Assembly (NCBI GenBank): GCA_964554495.1
Contig: CAZKOY010000002.1
Location: 15,408-79,407, forward strand
Direction: 5' to 3'
Length of the DNA stretch: 64,000 nt
Source: an uncultured Myxococcales bacterium
Lineage (GTDB): Bacteria; Myxococcota_A; Polyangia; Palsa-1104; JAEUJZ01
Shown: positions 1-9,650 of the stretch, piece by piece
How positions within the stretch are numbered: the first letter of the stretch is position 1
Layout: the number at the start of each line of letters is the position of its first letter
Program-made: the position numbers and the translations under genes
Notes under the pieces: model-generated
What the model was told of the DNA's origin: nothing
The model's input: only the letters and a program-made list of their open reading frames with translations
Database searches by the model: none

Positions 1-90
1 GGTCTGTAGGCACAGTAGGGGACGGTCGCAGGCCCCGGCGAAGCAGCAAAGCAAGCGCACCCGCACGCTCGGGTTGCCGATAAGTGAAAC

Positions 91-1341
91 ATGGCTCAAC
101 ACGACATCGCGCGCCGCGAAGACCACAAGCCACAGCAGTTCGTCGCTCCCGCTCCCGTTCCCGTTCCTGTTCGCCGGGCAGAACCCGTCGAAGCCCCGGC
201 CCATCCGTTGTCGATCCTGCCGCCAAGCAAGACCGCGCCAGTCACCGCGGATCAGGCGCACGCGGGCGCCGTGGCAGCCGGACTGGGTGAGCTAGGCAAG
301 CCCGCCACTGCCGAAAACAAGACCGCGCCGGCCACACCGCCGACCGAACAGAGCAATCCCAACGACGCGCAGCAGCGACAGATCGTCACCGAGCAGATGG
401 AGGCGCTCAAAGAGGCCAAGCACATCATCCGCCCCGGCGACAAAAGCGCGGATGCCCAGCTACTGCAGCGTCAGCTAAAGCAGCTTGGCCTGCACATCGA
501 AGAGACCGGCGTGATGGACAAAGACACGCAGGCGGTCGTCAAAGCCATCCAGACAGGCGGCGGCTTGGGTCCTGATGGTGTGGTCGGTCCCAAGACCATC
601 GACATGCTTTTGACCTTGGACAAGACGCCCAGCAAGCCCACAACAACCGACGGAGGCGATGGCCAAGGGGGCGACTCGTCAGATCACATGCCGGACGATC
701 CCAAGCTGGCTGCGGTGTATCTGTTCAACCGCATGCGCGCCGCCAACGCGAGCGACTCGCTGACTCCGCAGCAAGAAAAAGACATGGAGCGGTTCGTCAA
801 GAGCTGGGAAACCAACAAGGCGCGCTATCAGCAGGTGGCCGAAACGACGGGGGTGCCGGCGAAGCTGATTGCGTCGCTGCACTGGCGCGAATCGACCGGC
901 AACTTCGGCACGTACCTGCATCAGGGTGACCCGCTCGGAAAACAGGCCGTCAACGAGCCCGCCAACATTCCTATTTTCAATGAATGGGAACCCGCGGCCG
1001 AGCATGCGCTGGGCATGAAAAAAGGAATCCGTGACGCCTTCAAGATCGACGAGAACACGTCCGATGAAGCGGCACTGACCAGCTATGCCGAGCGGTACAA
1101 CGGACTCGGTTATTTCAATTACCGCGCCATGGCTTCGCCCTATGTCTATTCGGGCAGCGATCAGTACAAGAAGGGCAAGTACGTCGGGGATGGAAACTGG
1201 GATCCCAATCACAAGGACCAACAGTTGGGAGTCCTGCCGATGATGCGCCGCATCGATCGCTTTGAGCGTGAGCTTGCAGAAAAAGCCGCCAAAGAGCGCG
1301 AAGAACAGAACAAAGATCCGAATCAACACTTCGCGCAGTAA
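91..1341 (+). CDS. Peptidoglycan-binding domain protein with C-terminal lysozyme-family (COG5526-like) domain
   Basis: 416-aa ORF. PG_binding_1-like segment LLQRQLKQLGL...GPDGVVGPKTIDML. C-terminal WRESTGNF...ERYNGLGY...SPYVYSG resembles lysozyme-family proteins. Pro/Ala-rich N-terminus with no obvious signal peptide. Confidence 0.65.
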   Translation: MAQHDIARREDHKPQQFVAPAPVPVPVRRAEPVEAPAHPLSILPPSKTAPVTADQAHAGAVAAGLGELGKPATAENKTAPATPPTEQSNPNDAQQRQIVTEQMEALKEAKHIIRPGDKSADAQLLQRQLKQLGLHIEETGVMDKDTQAVVKAIQTGGGLGPDGVVGPKTIDMLLTLDKTPSKPTTTDGGDGQGGDSSDHMPDDPKLAAVYLFNRMRAANASDSLTPQQEKDMERFVKSWETNKARYQQVAETTGVPAKLIASLHWRESTGNFGTYLHQGDPLGKQAVNEPANIPIFNEWEPAAEHALGMKKGIRDAFKIDENTSDEAALTSYAERYNGLGYFNYRAMASPYVYSGSDQYKKGKYVGDGNWDPNHKDQQLGVLPMMRRIDRFERELAEKAAKEREEQNKDPNQHFAQ

Positions 1342-1577
1342 GCCAGCCAGCCTTCCCCGTCTTTCCTCTCGCACCAGCGTTCGACACAACCCAGTCAGAT
1401 CCTGCGCCCTGGCAGCGCTTCCCTAGTCGCAGACGACGGAATCCAAGGGGCCGCGTCCCGCCGAAATCCTTGCGCGCAGTGGTCGCTAACTGCGGTATGA
1501 ATGGCCCGCGTTCTTGTCTGATGTTTCGGTGCTGAATCGGCACCGCGTGGCCCTATCTCATTCCGCTGGAGACCTTG

Positions 1578-4500
1578 ATGCGACACCCCCTGCGTAGGAC
1601 CCGTGCGCTCGGTGCTGCCTCGATCGCAGCCGCTGGCATCGTCCTTTCCCAAAGCAGCGCCCACGCTCAGCTGCAGCTTGGTCAGATCCAGGGAAGCATC
1701 ACCAATCGCGAGACAGGGCAGCCGCTGCCCGGCGTTACTGTCGTCGTCAACGGTCCCGCACTGCAAGGAGACCAGACGGAAGTCAGCGACCGCCTGGGGC
1801 GCTATGTCATCACGCAGCTTCCGCCCGGCGACGGCTACGTCATGCGCTTTTATTTCAACGACGTGGTGGTCGAGCGCCCTGGGATCCGTATCACGCAAAA
1901 CAAGACGCTGTCGGTCAACCTGGCGATGCCGACGCAAAAAGGCCGCGGAGAGAAGATCGTCCTGCGCGAGCGGGCCCCCAACGTCGATACTGCGACGGCG
2001 AACACCGGGGTCGAGATCAACCAAGAGATCTTGCAGAACACGGCGGTGCGCGGACGTACTTTTGAGTCGGTCATCAGCCTGGCCCCCGGTGCCGCCGACG
2101 TCGCGCCGCGCGGCGTAGCGGGAGGCGATGTCGGCGTGTCGTTCTCGGGCTCTGTCGGCAACGAGAACAACGTCCTTGTCGACGGCCTGAACACAACCGA
2201 TCTGGCATTCGGCCTGCCCTCGACGCAGCTACACCAGTACTTCATCAAGGAAGTGAACATCATCTCGGGTGGCTATCAGGCTGAGTATGGCCGAGCGACC
2301 GGCGGCGTCATCTCGATTGTCACCAAGAGCGGCAGCAACGAATTCCACGGCAGCTTGTTTGGCTCGATCGCCCCTTGGCAAGCGGATGCCACGCCGATCG
2401 CACGCCTGGGCGAAGCCATCGCGACGTCGACGCGTATCCTGCGGCAGTTCGACATGGGCTTCGATCTCGGCGGGCCGATTGTCCGCGATCACGTCTGGTT
2501 CTATGTCGGCTTCGCGCCAACGCTTACGACCAACCTGACCACGCGCAGCATCCGCACGCAGCAGCCAGAAGCGGATCCTGACTATCGCGATCCCAGCTAT
2601 CTATCGGATCCAGAGCTGTCGGCTGTGCCGCGCCTGCAGGCCCGGCGTACGACGCTGGTGCCCGAGCGCACGCGCCAGATTCTAGAGACGCGGCGACTGT
2701 TCAACTGGATCGCCAAGCTAAACGTCAACATCAACCCCGATCACGCATTCATCGTCAGTTACCTGGGTTCGCCGCAGTTTGGCAACGAATACGGCTCGGG
2801 CAGCGGCTACAGCACAACGGGCAGCACCAACCCCTACTCGGGCGATGTCGATGCGCAGGCGATCACGCGAGCCGCGCAGAATCACGACGGCACGCTGCGG
2901 TACATCGGCAAGTTCCTAAACCGCAAGCTGCAGCTTGATGTGCTGTACGGCCTGCACTTGGTCCAGCTACAAGAGATCCCCAATGCAGCGGGTGTGCAGC
3001 AGGTTCGCTACCGCGCGCCTTCTGACGATCCTTATTCGCTGGCTGACTTCGAAAACATCCCCGAGTGTCAGCGACAGCGACTGCCAAACGGACAGATCTT
3101 TAACCCCTGCCCCGTCACCGATTACACACGCGCCGGCTTTGGTCAGTACACGCCGCTGCGCAAGATGGAACGCCACAGCCTGCAGGCGTCGATCACCGGT
3201 TACTTCTCGGCCTTGGGCAATCACGCGCTCAAGTCGGGACTCGACTTTGAAGACAACATCCTCGACAACACCAAGAAGTTCACCGGCAGCGACTTCAGCT
3301 CAAGCGATCCGTACAGCGGTCGCATCTCGTGGGAAACCAACGCGACGGGCGATGGCTTGCGCATTAACCGCGGCTACTCGCTAGAGCGACCCAAGAACTT
3401 CTATGGCCAAGTCGGCACGCCCTGCGCGGGGCAAGAGGGCCGCTGGTGTTTCTCGGACTTTCGCGCTCAGACCGAGACACGCAACTGGGGCATCTTCCTG
3501 CGCGATAGCTGGAACACGTCGTTCTTGCCTGGCTTGGTGATCAACGCCGGCCTGCGCTGGGAACTGCAAGAGCTGTTCGCCACCGACGGAAGTCGCCGCA
3601 TGTTCCTGTGGGACAATATCGCGCCGCGCGTCTCGGCCGCGTACGACTTCAGCAAGAGCGGCCGGTCCAAGGTCTACGTGAACTATGGGCGGTTCTATCA
3701 GTCGGTGCCCATGGATCTCAACGACCGTATCTTCAGCGAAGAGGGCTTCCTGCGCGGACGTGGCTTTGCCAGCAACTGCCCGCGCCGCTCGCTAACCAAC
3801 GTTCCCGGCAATCGCCCCGTGCCCGTGCCTGAGCGCACGCTGTCGGATCCCTGCAGCCTGATCGAGCCGCGCTTGTCCGGTGGCGAGTATGGCCCCGTGG
3901 CGCCAGGCCTAAAGGGCCAGTTCATCGACGAAGTCGTCGCGGGTGTGCAGTACGACATCGGCTGGGACTTGGTGCTCGGCGCGTTCTACACGTATCGTTG
4001 GCTCGGCACAGTCGTCGAGGATCTTTCGGTCGATGGCGGCAATAACTACTTCATCGGCAACCCTGGGGTGGCGCCCGATGCCGGGATCGTCAAGCAGCTA
4101 GAAGAAGAAGCGGCAAGCGCAGCGCAGGCCGCCATGGCCAAGCCCACCGACCCTGCGCTGCAGCAGGCTGCAACCTTCGCTCGCGATCGCTTGAACGTGT
4201 ACAAGGCGATGGTCTTGTTCCCGACACCCAAGCGCGACTATCACGCGGTCACGATCACCGCCAACAAGCGCTTGTCCAATCGCTTCGCGCTGCTCGCCAG
4301 CTACACGTACTCGCGCTTGACCGGCAACTATCCAGGGCCGTTTTCGCCGTACGTGAATCAGCTCGATCCCAACATCTCGTCGCAGTACGACATCATCGAT
4401 CTGACGGCGAACCGCGACGGGCCGTTGAACAACGATCGTCCGCACAACTTCAAGTTCACCGGATTTTACGTGCAGCCGTTCCCGCGTATCGGTTCGTCAC

Positions 4501-4913
4501 TGACGGTCAGCTTGACCTTTACGGCGGTCTCGGGTCGACCGATACAGGTGCTGGGCGCGCACGCGGCGTACGGCGGACGTCAGACCTTGATCCTGCCGCC
4601 GGGCGCAGGCGGCAGAACACCGCCGATCACGCAGTTCGATCTGCACATCGGGTATGAGCAGCGCTTGGGCAGCCAAGTTCGGCTGTCGGTCTTCGGCGAC
4701 CTCGTCAACCTGTTTAACCAGCAGGCGGTGACCAACATCGACGAGGAATACACATTCTCGATCGTAAGCCCGATCCTGTACGGGCAGCCGTCGGACCTGA
4801 AGCGCCTGAAGACCGACGACGGGGCACCGCTGATCGTAAACGGCAACTACGGTCAGCCAACCGCGTTCCAAGCCCCCTTGCTTGTGCGCTTGGGTGCTCG
4901 CCTTTCGTTCTAG
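1578..4913 (+). CDS. Oar-like outer-membrane beta-barrel (CarboxypepD_reg domain + TonB-dependent-receptor-like plug/barrel)
   Basis: Signal peptide ...SQSSAHAQ. GSITNRETGQPLPGVTVVV...GRYVITQLPPG is carboxypeptidase-regulatory-like. About 1100 aa, ending in the aromatic ...LGARLSF typical of OM barrels. GGAG RBS lies 7 nt before the ATG (a TTG at 1575 is also in frame). Confidence 0.8.
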   Translation: MRHPLRRTRALGAASIAAAGIVLSQSSAHAQLQLGQIQGSITNRETGQPLPGVTVVVNGPALQGDQTEVSDRLGRYVITQLPPGDGYVMRFYFNDVVVERPGIRITQNKTLSVNLAMPTQKGRGEKIVLRERAPNVDTATANTGVEINQEILQNTAVRGRTFESVISLAPGAADVAPRGVAGGDVGVSFSGSVGNENNVLVDGLNTTDLAFGLPSTQLHQYFIKEVNIISGGYQAEYGRATGGVISIVTKSGSNEFHGSLFGSIAPWQADATPIARLGEAIATSTRILRQFDMGFDLGGPIVRDHVWFYVGFAPTLTTNLTTRSIRTQQPEADPDYRDPSYLSDPELSAVPRLQARRTTLVPERTRQILETRRLFNWIAKLNVNINPDHAFIVSYLGSPQFGNEYGSGSGYSTTGSTNPYSGDVDAQAITRAAQNHDGTLRYIGKFLNRKLQLDVLYGLHLVQLQEIPNAAGVQQVRYRAPSDDPYSLADFENIPECQRQRLPNGQIFNPCPVTDYTRAGFGQYTPLRKMERHSLQASITGYFSALGNHALKSGLDFEDNILDNTKKFTGSDFSSSDPYSGRISWETNATGDGLRINRGYSLERPKNFYGQVGTPCAGQEGRWCFSDFRAQTETRNWGIFLRDSWNTSFLPGLVINAGLRWELQELFATDGSRRMFLWDNIAPRVSAAYDFSKSGRSKVYVNYGRFYQSVPMDLNDRIFSEEGFLRGRGFASNCPRRSLTNVPGNRPVPVPERTLSDPCSLIEPRLSGGEYGPVAPGLKGQFIDEVVAGVQYDIGWDLVLGAFYTYRWLGTVVEDLSVDGGNNYFIGNPGVAPDAGIVKQLEEEAASAAQAAMAKPTDPALQQAATFARDRLNVYKAMVLFPTPKRDYHAVTITANKRLSNRFALLASYTYSRLTGNYPGPFSPYVNQLDPNISSQYDIIDLTANRDGPLNNDRPHNFKFTGFYVQPFPRIGSSLTVSLTFTAVSGRPIQVLGAHAAYGGRQTLILPPGAGGRTPPITQFDLHIGYEQRLGSQVRLSVFGDLVNLFNQQAVTNIDEEYTFSIVSPILYGQPSDLKRLKTDDGAPLIVNGNYGQPTAFQAPLLVRLGARLSF

Positions 4914-7066
4914 CGCGCTCCGGCTGATTCCTTCGCGGGCTCGACGCGCTTGTTCAGTCGTTCCCACACATCGATAAAGCCCAGGTACAGCAGGCGGCGC
5001 TGCGCCAACAGGAACAGCGCGGCCACGCCGGCCAGAAACGCCGCCAATAGCTCGACCGCTACGCGCGAAATCATCAGCGCATAAACAGGCCGCGGCGGAG
5101 ACGTCACCAAGAGCTCACGCTGGAAATAGCTGTGCGCGTGACCGTACGGCAGCGTGAACTTCGCAGGCAGCCCTTCGTACGCAAGAGCATCACGGCTGCG
5201 CTTCTTGCCTTCGCTGGTCTCGGGCTTGGTCTCGTCGGGTGCGCGCAGGTCGGTGAGCGCTTGCGTGCTTGAGCCCACGGGTTCCGATGACGTGACGGCA
5301 CGCTTGCTGCTGCCAACCAGGAAGACCGCGCCACCCAAAAACACCAGGCCGCCCAGGCACAAGGCACCGATCGCGGTCCAGAGCGTAAAGCGACGACGCG
5401 ATAACCACGCCACGGCCAGCACGATACTAAGCCCCAGGTTGACGACGATAAGCAACGTCAGGGCCCACGACACCAGCACCGCCGAAACGGACAAGCCGCA
5501 GGCGGCCAGCAAGCGATGGCGAAGACGCAAAGAAAGCAGTGCTAGCAAGCGCTCGCTCCAGATGAACAAGAGCGCGAACAACAGCAACCAGCCTTGAGAA
5601 AAGAACGGCAGTTGCAGCTCGGGGGAAAGCTCGACATAAAGCGGCACCCACTCTTGTCCGAAGCGCAGCTCGACGGAGGTCTGCGAAGCGGCGATGGGTG
5701 CTTCCGGCAGCCACAGCGACGCCAACGCAAAGCCCCCACCGTGCCGCAGTGTCTGACGATACTGAACTAGGACATCCTGCGACCCGCTGCCCAGCGGGAT
5801 CCACAAGCTGCCGCTCTCGTCTTGCGTGAGCAGCACCGCCGACTGCTGCAGGCTGGCATAGCTAGCCGCTGCATGCATCGGCATCGTCAGAGCCGCGGCA
5901 CCCTCATTGTCGACGCGCAGCTGTGTCTCGCCTAAGACGTGGCCGTCACCCGACAGAAAGAACGTGTGCCGCGCCCAAGGCAGCGCGAAGCTCGCTGTAT
6001 GGATTGGCTCCAGCCGCTGCGCCCGAAAGCTGAGCGTGTCACCGTCCCGTAGCGCAAAGCCTTGCGCGCCACGATGCTGCGCGGACAAGCCGGTCTCGGC
6101 TGGACTAATGCGCTGTCCCCCCTCCAGCGAGATCGTCGGGCGCAGCAAGGGATGGCTCTCGACCAACACATAGTGAACAGCGGCCGTAAGCGGCGGGCGA
6201 AATGATCCCTTGCGGGCATCTCCGCTGACCAGAGTCCCAGTCAAGCTCAGTGTCTGTTCGCCTGGCGGAAGCTCGAAGCGATAGACCGTGCCCGCAGGCT
6301 CTGAGCGTACGGCTGCTTCCACCTTCTGCACGTGCTCACCGCTGAGCAGCGAGACGGTCAGCGTCTGATGCTGGCGATTGGGATTCCACGCCGTGATCTG
6401 GTACGCAAACTGCGTCGCTTCTGGTTGCAGGCTGATGCGATAACGCGCGGTCGCGGTGATGGGCAAAACCGCCGTGCTACCCGACGCGACTCGTACCACC
6501 TGATAGCGTCGGCTGCCGTCCGCTGGCAGCTCAGATGTCGCAACGCTCGACAGTTCCCCATCGCTGACCAGCGAATCAACCCACAGCACTGCCGGTGTTG
6601 TGTCTAGCTGCAGCCGGTCGCTGTTCGACGTTGCCAAGCGACAGCGCACGCTAAACCTCGCAGCCAGGGGCACCAACTCAAACAGGCTACGCGCGGTGTC
6701 CGCAGCAGATGCCGCGCTACTGCCTTGGCCGGATCGACCCACGATGGCATCGCCTTCGCAGGCATGAATCGACAGACCCGGCCCCGCATGCAAGACGTCC
6801 ACTCGTGCCCACGGACCGCTGCTGCGCCCCGACAGCTGAAGCTGCAGATCTCGCCCCGCAAAGCTGCCACTGACGCGCAGACTTTCGATCACCGTGATCG
6901 ACCCGCGATTCAAGAGCCGCTCATACTCGCTTAAGGACAGCGTGACCTGTCCCGTCGACCCCGCGGCAGACACCGCGCTCGCCGTCGCTGGTGCCGCCGC
7001 ACCTGGGGCCGCTGCGGCCCGCACTGCCGAGCCGATTAGAAAACACAGCACCAACAGACTGCGCAT
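4910..7066 (-). CDS. Hypothetical secreted/membrane protein: about 520-aa extracytoplasmic N-domain plus C-terminal multi-TM region
   Basis: The ORF-track start at 7270 is trimmed to the internal ATG at 7066, which begins a signal peptide MRSLLVLCFLIGSAVRAAAAP. Several hydrophobic helices follow after residue ~520. No domain recognised. Confidence 0.6.
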   Translation of the reverse strand: MRSLLVLCFLIGSAVRAAAAPGAAAPATASAVSAAGSTGQVTLSLSEYERLLNRGSITVIESLRVSGSFAGRDLQLQLSGRSSGPWARVDVLHAGPGLSIHACEGDAIVGRSGQGSSAASAADTARSLFELVPLAARFSVRCRLATSNSDRLQLDTTPAVLWVDSLVSDGELSSVATSELPADGSRRYQVVRVASGSTAVLPITATARYRISLQPEATQFAYQITAWNPNRQHQTLTVSLLSGEHVQKVEAAVRSEPAGTVYRFELPPGEQTLSLTGTLVSGDARKGSFRPPLTAAVHYVLVESHPLLRPTISLEGGQRISPAETGLSAQHRGAQGFALRDGDTLSFRAQRLEPIHTASFALPWARHTFFLSGDGHVLGETQLRVDNEGAAALTMPMHAAASYASLQQSAVLLTQDESGSLWIPLGSGSQDVLVQYRQTLRHGGGFALASLWLPEAPIAASQTSVELRFGQEWVPLYVELSPELQLPFFSQGWLLLFALLFIWSERLLALLSLRLRHRLLAACGLSVSAVLVSWALTLLIVVNLGLSIVLAVAWLSRRRFTLWTAIGALCLGGLVFLGGAVFLVGSSKRAVTSSEPVGSSTQALTDLRAPDETKPETSEGKKRSRDALAYEGLPAKFTLPYGHAHSYFQRELLVTSPPRPVYALMISRVAVELLAAFLAGVAALFLLAQRRLLYLGFIDVWERLNKRVEPAKESAGAR

Positions 7067-7170
7067 CGCCAGATCCTTCCAAAGAGAGTGCGCAGCGCTC
7101 ACCAAGGACACGCTCGCGTACGGATTAAACTCAGCCAGCCGCGCACGGGCGAGCGCGCTGGAGCACACCG

Positions 7171-7623
7171 TTATGGACAGCCGGACACCGCACGCAGCGG
7201 GACCTGAACCGGTGTGGCCGGATACTGCGTCGTGGCATACGCCGTTGCCTGTCCGCTGTACCGTCGGCACGTGCGCCCGCCGCCCAGATCAAAGATCCCA
7301 TCGACAAGAATCCGCACGGGGCCCGTCGGAGCCATGGCGGCCGAGAATCGATCCAGTCCACAGGTCACGTTGAGGAACTCGATGTTCTGGTTGCCGTCGT
7401 AGTCACTCACGATCAGCAAGTTCATCGAGCTGATGCGTTCCTTCTGGCAGCTTTCCTGCGAAAGCGGCACGCCGTTGAGCGTCCACGACAACGCCACGCG
7501 ACCCTCGCCCACCCAGCCCGTTCCGCCGCCGTAGCCAGGGGGTTCACAGCCCACAAGCGAACCGCTCAATCCCAACACACTCAACCACACGGCCGCACCC
7601 TTCGTGATAGCATCGCCGCGCAT
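7171..7623 (-). CDS. Small lipoprotein, function unknown
   Basis: Start trimmed to the ATG at 7623, preceded by a strong AAGGAGGAA RBS. Lipobox LSGSLVGC. Same strand as, and 104 nt upstream of, the 4910..7066 gene. Confidence 0.6.
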   Translation of the reverse strand: MRGDAITKGAAVWLSVLGLSGSLVGCEPPGYGGGTGWVGEGRVALSWTLNGVPLSQESCQKERISSMNLLIVSDYDGNQNIEFLNVTCGLDRFSAAMAPTGPVRILVDGIFDLGGGRTCRRYSGQATAYATTQYPATPVQVPLRAVSGCP

Positions 7624-7697
7624 GGTTTCCTCCTTCTCGTTCTCTCGGAACATCCTGCCGGAACGCGGGCTGCCGACGCAAGCAAAGGCACTGTGAC

Positions 7698-8921
7698 GTG
7701 GCCTCCGCGCCTTCTTCGCAGTCGCGATCCGTTCGCCCGCTGCGCATCTTGGTGTTGCTGATTCTCGTGGCGCTTGGCGTGGCCTCGATCAAGCTGTGGC
7801 CTCGTCGAACCCCAGCCGTTCGCGTCGTACGAGCCACCCTGGGGACCGTTCGCGATGTCGTCTCGTCTTCCAGCGCGGGGGAAGTCACGCCCGCCATGCA
7901 TGCCACGCTGCGAGCCGAGATCGGCGGCCGAGTGCTCAGTGTTCGCAGTCGCAAGGGCTCACGCGTGAAGCGCGGCGATCTGGTGGTCCAGCTTGATCCG
8001 GCGGATCTCGATGCGCGCCTGCGGCAGGCACACGCGGCGTTGGACGCGGCCGCAGCCCAGCGAGCCCAAGCGGACGCACGGCTTGAGACACTGAAGCGGC
8101 AAGCGCAGCGCGCTCAGCTTCTGGCCCAGGCGGGCGCTGGCACGGTGCAGATCAGTGAAGATGCCCGCAGCGCCGTCCGGGAAGGCGAGATCGCGCTGCG
8201 TGCCGCCGACGGGCAAGTGGCACAAGCGCGGGCTGCGCAGCAAGCCGCCCAGGTGCAAAGAAGCCGCTGCGATCTGAGTGCACCATTTGACGGCGTCTTG
8301 ACCGACGTGACCGCCCATCCAGGCGACAGCCTAGTTCCTGGTGCGCCAGTCTTTCAGATCGTCGACGACACGCGTCTGCATGTCGACGCCGTCGTCGATG
8401 AAGCCGATGCGATTCGCGTACAGGTTGGACAGCGGGCCGAGCTTCATCTGGATGCACTGCCCGGACGCAACATCGCCGGTCGCGTGTCGCAGGTCGATCC
8501 GGTCGTCAAGCGCGACATCAAAGGGGCTCGCTCATTGACCGTCGAGGTGGAGGTCAGCGACTTGCCAGCGGCGCACAGCGCAGGACTGCTGCCGGGCATG
8601 TCCGCCAACGTCGAGATCCTGGTTGCCGAAAAACAAAACGTCCTGTGGGTTCCAAGCAACGTCATCATCGGCCGCGGCGTCTCGCGGCATGTCTATCACC
8701 TGGAACCGCAGGGCTCTGCGTATCGTGTGCGTCGACAGCTTGTCGATATCGGCCTGGCAAACTGGGATCGCACGGAAATCCGCGCTGGCCTTCCCGTCTC
8801 GGCTCTGGTTGTCACCTCGCTCAACGAAAAGGGCCTTGAGGATGGGGCCACCGTCGCTGCTGAGCTGCCCGCCAGCGACCCCGCCCAGCCGGCAGCGGCC
8901 AGCGGCCACGCCCGCCCATGA
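7698..8921 (+). CDS. HlyD/MacA-type periplasmic adaptor (membrane fusion protein)
   Basis: N-terminal TM anchor LRILVLLILVALGVASI. Coiled-coil Ala/Gln-rich hairpin region. Beta-barrel region with ...VPSNVII... typical of the efflux adaptor family. GTG start. Confidence 0.75.
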   Translation: MASAPSSQSRSVRPLRILVLLILVALGVASIKLWPRRTPAVRVVRATLGTVRDVVSSSSAGEVTPAMHATLRAEIGGRVLSVRSRKGSRVKRGDLVVQLDPADLDARLRQAHAALDAAAAQRAQADARLETLKRQAQRAQLLAQAGAGTVQISEDARSAVREGEIALRAADGQVAQARAAQQAAQVQRSRCDLSAPFDGVLTDVTAHPGDSLVPGAPVFQIVDDTRLHVDAVVDEADAIRVQVGQRAELHLDALPGRNIAGRVSQVDPVVKRDIKGARSLTVEVEVSDLPAAHSAGLLPGMSANVEILVAEKQNVLWVPSNVIIGRGVSRHVYHLEPQGSAYRVRRQLVDIGLANWDRTEIRAGLPVSALVVTSLNEKGLEDGATVAAELPASDPAQPAAASGHARP

Positions 8922-9616
8922 ACGCGACACAGCCAGTCATCGACGTGCGCGATCTGCGTCGATCCTTCCAGCTTGGCGACGAGCGGGTGGATGCTCTGCG
9001 TGGCGTCAACCTGCGTATCGCGCGCGGTGAATACCTGGCCATCGTTGGCCCGTCAGGCTCGGGCAAGTCGACGCTGATGAACATTCTTGGCTGCCTGGAC
9101 ACACCTACCGCGGGCGAGTACGTGCTCGACGGTGAACCTGTGCAGGATCTCTCGGATGACGCCCTCGCTGAGATCCGCAACCGCAAGATTGGCTTCGTGT
9201 TTCAGAGCTTCAACCTGCTCGCGCGAGCCACGGCTGTCGATAACGTTGCCTTGCCTCTGCTTTATTCAGGGCGCAGCCGATCCGAGCGACGCGAGGCTGC
9301 CCTGCGCGCACTGCACCGGGTAGGCCTTGGCGCCCGCACCGAGCATCGACCAGATCAGCTTTCGGGAGGACAGCGTCAGCGAGTCGCCATCGCGCGGGCC
9401 CTGGTCAACCAGCCGGTATTGCTGCTTGCCGACGAGCCAACCGGCAATCTAGACCAGCGCACAGGCGCCGAGATTGTCGCGCTGTTTGAAGAACTGCACC
9501 GCGAAGGGGTCACCGTGGTCCTGGTCACACACGACCACAAGCTAGCCGAGCGCACCGGCCGACAAATCGAAATCGTCGACGGCAACATCGCGGCAGATCG
9601 CAGGCAAGCTGCCTGA
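8918..9616 (+). CDS. ABC transporter ATP-binding protein (MacB/LolD-type ATPase, no fused permease)
   Basis: Walker A GPSGSGKST, signature LSGGQRQRVAIARAL, Walker [17 protein letters not shown] overlap with the adaptor gene stop indicates an operon. Confidence 0.85.
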   Translation: MNATQPVIDVRDLRRSFQLGDERVDALRGVNLRIARGEYLAIVGPSGSGKSTLMNILGCLDTPTAGEYVLDGEPVQDLSDDALAEIRNRKIGFVFQSFNLLARATAVDNVALPLLYSGRSRSERREAALRALHRVGLGARTEHRPDQLSGGQRQRVAIARALVNQPVLLLADEPTGNLDQRTGAEIVALFEELHREGVTVVLVTHDHKLAERTGRQIEIVDGNIAADRRQAA

Positions 9617-9625
9617 AAAAAACGC

Positions 9626-9650
9626 AGCTACCGCGGCGTGCGCGGTAGCT
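9626..9650 (-). terminator. Intrinsic terminator hairpin overlapping the stop codon of the uracil-DNA glycosylase gene
   Basis: Perfect 9-bp stem AGCTACCGC/GCGGTAGCT with a 7-nt loop. On the minus strand it is followed, after 3 nt, by T7 (plus-strand A7 at 9616-9622). It sits between convergent genes. Confidence 0.55.

Noticed and set aside
1342-1577. Looked for a cobalamin or other riboswitch upstream of the TonB-type receptor gene.
   Set aside because: No B12-box-like sequence or other riboswitch core that I recognise. There is only a small 6-bp hairpin (CGGTGC/GCACCG).
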